Source of the DNA: Azolla caroliniana
Lineage: Eukaryota; Plantae; Polypodiophyta
Assembly (NCBI GenBank): GCA_043228905.1
Contig: JBHGNT010000018.1
Coordinates: forward strand, 15,810,001-15,874,000
Direction of reading: 5' to 3'
Length of the DNA: 64,000 bases
Below the pieces are notes generated by a model, which saw nothing but the letters and a program-made list of their open reading frames with translations, did not search any database and was not told the DNA's origin. The position numbers and the translations under genes are program-made. Each line of letters starts with the position of its first letter. Within the stretch, counting starts at the first letter, position 1. Shown here in pieces: positions 33,801-44,415 of the stretch.

Positions 33801-34926
33801 GGAGCACCTGGTATGCCGGTTGAAGAAGAGCCTTTACGGACTGAAGCAGGCTCCCCGGCAATGGTACCGGAAGTTCGACTCTTTCATGACCGACGAAGGG
33901 TACCTGAAAACGCAGTCCGACCACTGCGTGTTTGTGAAGAAGTTCGAAGGAGGAGACTTTCTAATACTCCTCCTGTACGTGGACGACATGTTGATCGTCG
34001 GACGAGACCAGGTCAAGATACGGATGCTGAAGAAGGCTCTTCACCGAACCTTCTCAATGAAGGACCTGGGTCCGGCGAGGCAAATACTAGGGATGCACAT
34101 CATCCGGGACCGGAAGAAGAAGCAGTTGTGGCTGTCACAGGAGAAGTACGTGACAAAGGTGCTTCACCGGTTCAACATGTCAGAAGCAAGACCGGTCGGA
34201 TCGACCCTCCTGGCAAACTGCAAGCTGTCCAGCAAGCAAAGCCCCAAGACAAAGGCTGAGAAGGAGGACATGATGAAAGTGCCATATGCCTCTGCCGTCG
34301 GAAGCTTGATGTACGCAATGGTGTGTACAAGACCGGACATTGGATACGCAGTCGGAGTGGTGAGCCGGTACATGAGCAATCCCGGCAAAGAGCATTGGAA
34401 CGCGGCCAAGTGGATACTCCGATACCTGAAAGGCACGGCAAACGTGTGCCTCCGATTCGGCTCCGATAAGCCCGAACTCGACGGCTTCACCGATTCGGAT
34501 ATGTCGGCTGATGGAGATACCAGCCGGTCCACATCAGGGTATGTGATGACGTATGCAGGGGGAGCTGTTTCATGGCAGTCGAGGCTGCAGAAGACGGTTG
34601 CGTTGTCAACCACGGAGGCGGAGTACATGGCGGTTGTTGAAGCCGGCAAGGAAATAATATGGATGAAGGACTTCATTAGAGAGCTCGGTATCCGGCAGGA
34701 GGAGTACCGACTCTACTGCGACAGTCAGAGTGCAATCCACCTTGCGAAGAACGCGGCCTATCAATCCCGGACAAAGCACATCCAGCGAAGATATCACTGG
34801 ATCCGGGAAAGGATAGAAGACAAGGAGTTCGTGCTGACGAAGGTCCACACGGACGAGAACGGGTCGGATATGCTGACCAAGGTGCTCACACCCGACAAGC
34901 TGGAAGCATGCCGGAAAAGGGTTTAG
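30871..34926 (+). pseudogene. Copia B gag-pol, one internal TAG (33418-33420) and a telomere-derived premature stop
   Basis: NYADWKIKMEDLL, LPESWENL, degenerate knuckle CFHYGKPGHFRKNC, WVVDSGASFH, LWHKRLCH, ADNGGEY, NGLAERMNRT, YVDD, RNase H. ORFs 30871-33420 and 33433-34926 share a frame. Confidence 0.94.
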
Positions 34927-34938
34927 GGTTTAGGGTTT
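34918..34938 (+). repeat. (AGGGTTT)3 plant telomeric repeat filler
   Basis: AGGGTTTAGGGTTTAGGGTTT sits where the homologous segments (about 2033-2045 and 36530-36541) read AGGATCGGATTG. Confidence 0.85.
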
Positions 34939-35581
34939 GTTGGGAAAGACATCCCATGCCGAAGTGAAGGGGGAGTTTGTTGGGATTACGGTCCCTTCGG
35001 ATGGGATGGTCGGATGTCGGAAATGAATGCCGACGACCCCGGTTTCGGTTTCGGTACCGGATGATGAAGATCCCGGCTTCGGAGCCGGATGACGAATGTA
35101 CCCGGAGAGAGATCCGGATGCGGGGACATATCCGTGAATATGTTTGCTAAGGGCCCTTGAGGCTATAGTTGTAAATAGCCCTAAAGTCATATGTGTATAA
35201 ATATGACTTAGGGCAAACAGTTTTATGTTGCTTCTTATTTTTCTGTTTTTCCACTTAAGAGGAGTGAAGAGAGAGAGCTGCCGTGAGAGAGATAGAGCGT
35301 GAGAGAGGAAGAGGTCGACGCCTCTGTGTAATACCGCCGCCTGTGGCGAGGACAGCGAGCTCAAGGTCGTCGCCTTGCAGTTCGCCATTGTATATTTCTC
35401 TGTGCATAGTTTTGGTTTGGAGTCTTGTACTCCCGTGGTTTTTTCCCGTCTAGGGTTTTCCACGTTAATCCCTGTGTATTCGTGTTCTTTCTTTGTGGTT
35501 CCTATTTTCTGCTGCATTGATTCGTGCTTACTCGGTTGTGGCCGAGTGGTGAAGGTTAATTGGAGCGTCGATTACTCAACA

Positions 35582-36565
35582 CTCCTGTACGTGGACGACA
35601 TGTTGATCGTCGGACGAGACCAGGTCAAGATACGGATGCTGAAGAAGGCTCTTCACCGAACCTTCTCAATGAAGGACCTGGGTCCGGCGAGGCAAATACT
35701 AGGGATGCACATCATCCGGTACCGGAAGAAGAAGCAGTTGTGGCTGTCACAGGAGAAGTACGTGACAAAGGTGCTTCACCGGTTCAACATGTCGGAAGCA
35801 AGACCGGTCGGGTCAACACTCCCGGCAAACTGCAAGCTGTCCAGCAAGCAAAGCCCCAAGACAAAGGCTGAGAAGGAGGACATGATGAAAGTACCATATG
35901 CCTCTGCCGTCGGGAGCTTGATGTACGCAATTGTGTGTACCCGACCTGACATAGGATATGCAGTCGGAGTGGTGAGCCGGTACATGAGCAATCCCGGCAA
36001 AGAGCATTGGAACGCGGCCAAGTGGATACTCCGATACCTGAAGGGCACGACAAACGTGTGCCTCCGATTCGGCTCTGGTAAGCCTGAACTCGACGGCTTC
36101 ACCGATTCGGATATGTCAGCTGATGCAGATACCAGCCGGTCCACATCAGGGTATGTGATGACGTATGCAGGGGGAGCTGTTTCATGGCAGTCGAGGCTGC
36201 AGAAGACGGTTGCGTTGTCAACCACGGAGGCGGAGTACATGGCGGTTGTTGAAGCCGGCAAGGAAATAATATGGATGAAGGACTTCATTAGAGAGCTCGG
36301 TATCCGGCAGGAGGAGTACCGACTCTACTGCGACAGTCAGAGTGCAATCCACCTTGCGAAGAACGCGGCCTATCACTCCCGGACGAAGCACATCCAGCGA
36401 AGATATCACTGGATCCGGGAAAGGATAGAAGACAAGGAGTTTGTGCTGACGAAGATCCACACGGACGAGAACGGGTCGGATATGCTGACCAAGGTGCTCA
36501 CACCCGACAAGCTGGAAGCATGCCGGAAGAGGATCGGATTGGAGAGACATCCCATGCCGAAGTGA
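35582..36565 (+). pseudogene. Second RT(C-terminal)-RNase H segment of B, starting at LLYVDD
   Basis: Directly follows the CA of the middle LTR with no PBS; duplicates about 33970-34967. Confidence 0.93.
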
Positions 36566-37352
36566 AGGGGGAGTTTGTTGGGATTACGGTCCCTTCGGAT
36601 GGGATGGTCGGATGTCGGAGATGAATGCCGACAAGCCCGGTTGCGGTTTCGGAACCGGATGATGAAGACCCCGGCTTCGGAGCCGGATGACGAACGTACC
36701 CGGAGAGAGATCCAGATGCGGGGACATATCTGTGAATATGTTTGCCAAGGGCCCTTGAGGCTATAGTTGTAAATAGCCCCAAAGTCATATGTGTATAAAT
36801 ATGACTTAGGGCAAACAGTTTTAATGTTGCTACTCATTTTTCTGTTTTTCCACTCAAGAGGAGTGAAGAGAGAGAGCAGCCGTGAGAGAGATAGAGCGTG
36901 AGAGAGGAAGAGGTCGACGCCTCTGTGTAATACCGCTGCCTGTGGCGAGGACAGCGAGCTCAAGGTCGTCGCCTTGCAGCTCGCCATTGTATATTTCCCA
37001 GCGTATAGTGATAGTTGGAGGCTTGCACTCCCGTGGTTTTTCCCGTCTAGGGTTTTCCACGTTAATCCCTGTGTATTCGTGTTTTTTCTCTGTGGTTCCT
37101 ATTTTCTGCTGCATTGATTCGTGCTTACTCGGTTGTGGCCGAGTGGTGAAGGTTAATCGGAGCGTCGATTTCTCAACATAGTGTTCTCAACTCGTGTCTC
37201 TTGTGTTGTTGGGCCTCGTCCCCGTGCACTTCTTTGTCTATACGTGAGTGAGCGTCTCTCTCTCTCTCTCCCTTTTCTCACCTATTCCTTGGTCCAAGAA
37301 CCCAGTGGTCCCGCCTTGTTCTCCACGTACGCGCGTAACAACGCGGCATATT

Positions 37353-37370
37353 TGGTGAACCCGACGTGAA
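37353..37370 (+). promoter_or_regulatory. Primer-binding site complementary to tRNA-Trp
   Basis: TGGTGAACCCGACGTGAA is the reverse complement of the recalled plant cytosolic tRNA-Trp 3' end (...TTCACGTCGGGTTCACCA); 4 nt after the LTR CA. Confidence 0.85.
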
Positions 37371-37399
37371 AAGGCGGCAGAGGAGTAGAAGATGAGGGG

Positions 37400-39596
37400 G
37401 TCGGAAAAATTGGTGTTGCAGAGGTTAGAGGGCACGAGGCTCACCTTTTCCGGGGAAAAATCGGCCTTCGGGGAATCAAAGATCATGGTCGTCGGACACC
37501 TATGCGGGTCGTACGGCCGGAATCAGTCTCCGGCTAAGTTAGAAGCCATCTTCGCGATGAAGCACGATTGTAGCTCGGTCACGGAGGTTCGGAGCTTCTT
37601 GGGAGCATGCGCGTTCTACCACATATGGATCCCGCATTACGCCCACGTCGCGGAGCCGTTATACGGGTTGCTGAAGAAGGGGCGAAAATTCGAGTGGAGA
37701 GACGAGCATACGGAGTTTGTCCGAAAGATGAAGGAAGCACTTGCCGCGGCTCCGGAACTCTGAAAGGTTGTCTACGGAAAGAACACTCCAATTTACGTAA
37801 CGGTAGACACGAGTCCGACCGGGATCGGATGGGTCGTCAACCAAGAGGACGAGGATGGCATGCGTTTCCCGATCCGGTTCGGCACGAAGGTCCTCAACGA
37901 GCGACAACGAGGATACGCCCAGGTTAAACGCGAGCTCTGGGGTATCGTTTCGGCGGTAAAGGCCGACAAAGACTACTTGATCGGGACAGAGGTAATTATC
38001 GAGACGGACTGCCTGCCAATTCTTGGCATGGTTTCCGGATGCGCGGCACCAGACCTGGCAATGCTCAGGTGGATAACGTACATCAAATCCCTGAATTCAG
38101 AAATACGACACATTTCCGGGAAAGACAATGCCATGGCCGACATGCTTTCAAGGGCGAGGTTCGAAAACGAGGGCGGCATGGTTTCGGAGGATGAGGAAGT
38201 CGATGTAGACTTCTTCGAGGCGGCTTACGTAACAACCAGAAGGGAGTGCACTCCAACGCTTAACGATTTCAACGAGAGCAGGTACAACGGGGAGTGGCTG
38301 CAGATCGACGGGTTCCTGAAAACAATGACACCGGACGCGGCATGGACAAAGGATGAGGCCAACCGGATTCGGAAGAAAGCGTACCGATTCTTTCTCCGGG
38401 ACGGGTACATATGGAAGCACCCGAAGAAGAGGAACGACATCCCGCTCCGAGTGGTGGCGAAGAAGGAGGAACAAGAGGATCTACTGATGACGTACCACGA
38501 CAGTCCTTGGGCTGGACACCGTGGAACGTGGGCCACGTTCGAAAAGCTAAAGGGGAAGTACTGGTGGCCGGGACTATACCGGGACGTGCATCGGTTTGTG
38601 ACAACTTGCGAAAGCTGTCAGGTGCACTCCATGATCCAACACCGGGACAAGCTTCACCTGACCTACCCTCCGATCGTCCACTTCAAGTGGATGGTGGATT
38701 TGGTGACGATGCCAATGGGGGTAGGACAGATGCGATATCTGGTGCTGGCTCGGGATGATCTAACGAACTAGGTTGAAGGCCGAGCCCTGCAGAACAAGAC
38801 GACTGCAGCCGTGTGCCGGTTTTTGATTGAGGACGTGGTATGTCGATACGGGTGCGTAGGGAAGACCGTGGCTGACCGTGGTGAGTTGGACGCAGAAGAG
38901 GCCGAAGAGTTGTTCGACCGGCTAGGAGTCAAACTTTCGCTCACCACAGCGTACAATCCGGAGGCGAACGGGAAGGTAGAGCGCGGACACGGGCCGATTG
39001 TCAAAGCGCTAGTACGGGCGTGCGAAGGCCAAGTCGGGAACTGGCCACGACTGCAACCTTATGCCTTGTGGGTGGACTGGACTACGCACAGTTCGGTAAC
39101 CTGGTTCATGCCGGTAGAGCTTATGTTCGGACAGAAGCCGATTATGCCAACAGAGCAAACGATCTCCTCGTGGGCCACGGTGGACTAGAGGGATCAGATG
39201 AGCCGGGAGGAACTGTTGGCGGCGCGGATTCGACAGCTCGAGCGGAGGCCGGAGGACGTAGAGTGAGCCGTGGAGAAACTTCGGGTAGCCAGGATAAGGA
39301 ACAAAGCCCGGTTCGACCGAACACACCGGCTCCAGCCAAGGAAGATCGAGGAAGGCGATTGGGTGCTAGTCTATGACAACAGCCTCGACAATCAGCACAG
39401 GGCCACGCGGAAGTTCGCGAGGAGGTGGTTCGGGCCTTACGTAGTAACAGGCGCCAACGACAATGGGACGTACCGTCTCGCGGAGCTCGACGGTACGAGA
39501 ATGGCGATACCGGTAGCGGGGAAGAGGATCAAAGCATTCAAGAAACGACACGACGGTGAGGCAGAGCTAGGGGGCACGGACAGCAACGACGAGTAG
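37400..39596 (+). pseudogene. Gypsy C pol remnant: RT thumb, RNase H, integrase; no chromodomain
   Basis: FLGACAFYHIWIP, VDTSPTGIGW, KRELWGI, ETDCLP, ADMLSR, HDSPWAGH...CESC, WMVDLV, ADRGE, NGKVERGH, RWFGPY; several stops. Confidence 0.9.
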
Positions 39597-40374
39597 CCCG
39601 AGGTGGGGGCCGAACCGGTAAACGAGGAATAAAACAAAGGACTGGTTTTCTCCAGTAGGAACCCAATTTTGGCGCATACCGGTGGATGCGCGGTTAGGTG
39701 GGGACGGATGTCGTGAAGGAAACCGTCCCAGGCGCAAACCGTGTATAGCGTGTGTGAACCGGCCCTTACACGTGGGCATGCCCCTTGTTGTATAGTACAT
39801 AGGTAGGCGCAAAAGTCAAATCCTAGGTAGCAATATTCTATAGGGGAAATCAAGGAGTATCTCTGTCCAAAAGGACTGAGAATTAATGTGATGTAAACGG
39901 GTGAGACGGTCTCCCTCCTTGAGCTATAAAAGAGAGGGAGACGAGGGAGAAGGTATGGCGCGCTGGAGGGGACGAAGTGCTATCAGACTAGGACCGAGCT
40001 CTTCTTCTCTCCATAGCTTTCTTTTGCGCAGGTTCTCAGGAGGCTGATTCTGCTCCGTGGAACGCTCGTGTGCTTCCGGCAGAATCTCCATCTTGCTCCC
40101 CTGTGTGCATGGGTGATCAGGCGTCGGCATCCATCTCGCCGACCTGATCGGCTGTAACCGTTCGAGTCGTCTACATACATATATTTACATACATACTCTA
40201 GTGTTCTCAACTCGTGTCTCCTGTGTTGTTGGGCCGCGTCCCCGTGCACTTCTTTGTCTATACGTGAGTGACCGTCTCTCTCTCTCTCTCTCCCTTTTCT
40301 CACCTATTCCTCGGTCCAAGACCCCAGTGGTCCCGCCTTGTTCTCCACGTACGCGCGTAACAACGCGACAACGG

Positions 40375-42169
40375 TACAGGTACAATGAGTACATGGCGCA
40401 TCACTATGCGTACATGACTAAGGTGGCGGAAGTGCGTGAGCCGGAAAGCAATGCGGGCACTTGATGTAAATGAGGCATGGGACCTAGTTGACTGTCCCCG
40501 TCACTATAAACCGATCAGATGCAAGTGGGTGTACAAGGTAAAGTACAATGCTGACGGTTTAGTTAACCGGTACAAGGACCGGTTAGTGGCGAAGGGATAC
40601 ACACAGACCCACGGAATCGACTATGACGAGACCTTCGCTCAAGTAGCGAAGATGACGACGGTTCGTGTGGTGCTGGCGGTTGCTGCAGCAAGGGGGTAGC
40701 ATCTTCACCAGATGGATGTGAAGAATGCGTTTCCTTAGGGTGATCTTGAAGAAGAAGTCTTTATGACTCAGCCCCCCGGTTTTCAATCGGAGATGAACAA
40801 GTCGGTGGTATGCCGGCTGAAGAAGTCATTATACGGCCTGAAGCAAGCCCCTCGAGCTTGGAATGTGAAGATCACGCACCGGTTGCGTAAGATGGGGTTT
40901 GCGGCCTCCATGTCTGACTCTTCGTTGTTCATCCGGCAAGGCTCAACCGGTCCGGTATGTATCCTGCTCTATGCTGATGATTTAGTCATCACCGGACCGG
41001 GTCTTCCTGAAGTCAACCGCGTCAAGTCCCAGTTGTCGGACACATTTGAGATGAAGGACCTGGGGGACCTTCATTATTTTCTTGGGATCGAGGTGATCTG
41101 AACCCCCGATGGCATATTGCTCTCACAACGACATTACGTCTTGAATATGTTGTACAAGTTCGATATGACAGAATGCCGACCTGTCTCCACACCCTTGGAT
41201 CGGAACCAGAAGCTTCGTCCCAACTCCGGACTGGCCTGCAACGAGAAACGGTTCCGACAAATTGTCGGAAGCCTTATCTACTTGACTATCACTTGACCCG
41301 ACTTCGGCTATCTAGCCAGAATGATAAGTCAGTTCATGCAGAAGCCGACCATGGAGCACCTTCAGTGCGCATAGCGGATACTGCGATATGTAAGCGGCAT
41401 GAAGGATCGGGGATTGTTATATCGGCGAGGTATCACCGAAGAGCTAGTCGGTTACACGGATGCCGACTAGGTCAGCGATGCGTCGGATCGTAGATCCACT
41501 TCCTGTTTTATGTTTTCCCTTGGGAGTGCAACTGTTGCGTGGAGCAGCAAAAAGCAGCCAACAGTGGCTCTGTCAAGCACTGAGGCTGAGTACCGGGGCG
41601 CGAGCTTTGCCACCTGCGAAGCCATTTGGCTTCGGCAACTGCTGCGAGACTTGCGGATCGAGGTACCGACCCCGATCCCGATTTATTGTGATAACATCAG
41701 CAGCATGCAGCTTGCCAAGAACCCTGTGTTCCATGCTCGCACGAAGCACATAGAAGTGCATTATCACTTTGTGTGTGAGCGGGTCCTAAGTGGTGAAGTT
41801 GAACTACGGTATGTTCACACGGATCGGCAAGTTGCCAACATCTTCACCAAGCCGCTCGCATCGGACAAGTTGCAGCACTTTGCCAACGTGCTTGGTGTTC
41901 AACATCTCGACATGCCGCACTTGAGGGGGAGAAGAAGGGGCAAAGACACCGCCGGAACGGGCAAAGGCAACGAAACTGTTGCCGACACCGGTAAGGGAAG
42001 AACCGGAAGAGGGGGAGACAAGGAGGAAGAAGAAGCCGAGGATGGAAGCAAAGCCAAGACCCGGACGTGGTCTGATGTGGTGAAGGGCCTTAAAACAAAA
42101 GACGAGTTGGAGGATACCAACTCGGACAAGAGCTGGAACGAGTCGGGAGTGACCGATTCGGATCAATAG
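40375..42169 (+). pseudogene. Copia D RT-RNase H plus charged tail
   Basis: [75 protein letters not shown]. Confidence 0.9.
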
Positions 42170-44415
42170 ACGGATCCGGGTGAACCGAATGAACTAGAGG
42201 CCAAGCAAACACGGATGCAACGGAAGTCGATGCCATCCCGGAGGAACTGACGGATCGGCAAGCGCCGGAGTCATAGCAGTGAAGGAGATGAGAGGGGCCT
42301 ATTGAGCAGACATGCCGACCGAGAAGGTCGAGGCGCGCAGAACTAGAAGGGTCACGGCAAACGAGACCGGACGAGAAGAGGAGCGCGAGCAAGGCGGAGC
42401 GACGCTAGGAGAAGTAGGTTGGAAGAACCAACTGCCATAGAGGCTGACACTAGGATCCAACCTCAAGTTGAGCTTGAGAGGGAGTGTTGAGCAGCAAGCT
42501 CAACTGGAGCCGGATCGGCTGGATAAGCCTGAGCCGGTGAGAGAGACGGATTGGTAAGCTGGTGAGCAACTGAGCCGGTGAGCTGGGGAGCCAGTTAGCC
42601 GGATCCAATCGGTAACCGGAAGCCTAGTATTAGTTTAGACTACTAGGCAGTTATAGTCTCGTAGTAAGTGTCAGATGCTTGTGTGAGCATTGAAGTATGC
42701 GGTACTTTTGTCAGTCCCACGAGGACTTGTATAAATAGTGCTACTGAGCATAGTTGTATGGACAGAGTGTTTATATTGTTTTGAATATAGCTTTTATGTT
42801 CTGCTCTCTCTGTCTCTCCCGTGTACTCTGTGTATACTCTGCTTTCTATGTTTTCTAACGCTTCCGCAAGTAATCGTTTACAATCCGCATAGGTGACCGA
42901 ACACCAAGATCTTCGATTGTCCGAAAGCCGACTTCTCCCCAGAGAAGGTAAGTTGTGCTCCCGCCAACCCAGTCGACAATGTGGTCGGCAATGAACCTTC
43001 GACATCCGTCTTCTCTGACTGTCTAGTCCTTCTGGTTCTCTCATAATGTCGTCCAAGAATGGCGTGCTAATGTTCAAGATGCAATCTCTTCGTACCTTAT
43101 TCATCGCATTCACCATGTGCGCCACCAAATTCGTTCCTCGCGATAGGGCACACATCCGAACTAAGCCAAGTGGGGTCTACAGTGTTGTGATGTCCTTGCT
43201 TTCGTTGGCTAGTTGGAACTGATCATACCCCGAGTATAGGTCGCCGACCTAGTAGATCGACCTTCTAGCAAAGGCCTCTGCAAACTCATCAATGGTCGGC
43301 CTAACCCCTGCATTTCATATCGTTACCTTGTTAACTGGTTGAAGATCTTGTAGAAAGCACAGAGTGTCGTTCTTCTTCGACACTGTGAACCACTTATTCG
43401 AATATGGGGCACTCGACGGCTCGAGGATTCCCATCTCGAACTTCTCCTTGAACAACTCCATCAGCTTCGGAATGTGGGCTCTTGGTTCCGGAATCGGTTT
43501 AAGGTTCCACGGTACATGTGGTACTATGAATATCACCATCACTTCGACAATGGATAGGTTGCCGCACCCGATCTCCTCCAACGACAATATGAAAGCCCTC
43601 CCATGATCATCGATAATCCTCCGAAACGAGTCCTCCTCTGTGGGCAGTAGGAAGCCACCCCCACCAATTTTGAACTTCCGTAGCATCTCGTTGGTGAACT
43701 GGTGGCCTATGCCACACGGGTCTCGTAAACTTGGATCAATTGCGACCCCCTTCATCTGTTCCCTATTGTTCTCCAATAAGGGTGTCACGATTGGCCTCAT
43801 CTTTTGGTCCACAGTCTTGTACTTAGTGTTAACATGGGCGGTTCGATCCTCCCTAGCCATCTGCTCGAATTCCCTGATGACATCGTATATCTCGATAGAA
43901 TTGACCAGAATCGTCCAGTCCCCACTCAGTTCTCCCTCGATCACCATCTCGATCTCTCGAGGGCATCGTCAAATGATATAACCTTCATGGTTACACTGAT
44001 TGAGTCTTCAAGGTCCATTGCTCCGCATGCCTTCAAGCGTCCCTCGACCTGTCATTTTTCCTGGTTGTCGATGTCGGTTACTTTACAACCTCCATTATCG
44101 GAGAGCCAAAATTTCCTACCTATGGTACAAGTGTGGGGTTTTGGCCAATTGTCCTGACTATCATGGACCCACGCCTTGATAGCCCTCTTCAAAAATCTTC
44201 TCGGCCTTATTTGTCGAGAGAGTCCATGTTTCGCTCGTGGTTTGGGCAAACTGTGAAGAACTGGACGAAGTGTCGATTGTCTTGGCTCTTTACGCGAACA
44301 TATGTCGACCCATTGTCTAGCACCTTCGTCTCCATCAGAGCTTCCGTAATGTAAGGCTCACCCAAGATTACCAGATGGGAGGAAGACTCCCGTACAATAA
44401 AATGTTGGTCAATTT

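Larger units (their letters stand above)
30246..37178 (+). mobile_element. Three-LTR composite Ty1/copia B (family of A)
   Basis: Perfect TSD TAGTG (30241-30245 / 37179-37183). LTRs 30246-30848, 34978-35581 and 36576-37178. PBS TGGTATCAGAGC at 30852-30863; a PPT before both the 2nd and 3rd LTR. Confidence 0.96.
29750..40370 (+). mobile_element. Internally deleted Gypsy C (family of E), 5' LTR split by B
   Basis: 5' LTR 29750-30245 plus 37184-37348; PBS 37353-37370; 3' LTR 39709-40370 after the purine-rich AGGTGGGGACGGA; 4-bp TSD GCGG/ACGG. Gag, PR and most of RT are missing. Confidence 0.92.
26549..42882 (+). mobile_element. Ty1/copia element D (family of F), host of C and B
   Basis: LTRs 26549-26962 and 42485-42882; PBS TGGTATCAGAGC 26963-26974; TSD GTCCG/ATCCG (1 mismatch). 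Gag-PR-INT 27068-29749 and RT-RH 40375-42169 rejoin in frame as DPVKR|YRYNEYM. Confidence 0.94.
26356..44415 (-). mobile_element. Old non-chromoviral Gypsy E; only 26356-26548 and 42883-44415 belong to it, the rest is nested inserts
   Basis: VILGEPY (protease end), PHVPWNLKPIP, YSNKWF...QDLQPVNKVT, PFLDDI, LTFSGEKSAFG..ILVFGHLCG, continuing across insert D as PYCRKPSPAKVEAI...LGACAFYHI. Confidence 0.85.

Noticed and set aside
35375-36565. 396-aa ORF as a novel gene
   Set aside because: Chance in-frame fusion of LTR R/U5 (non-ATG start) to the duplicated RT-RH fragment.
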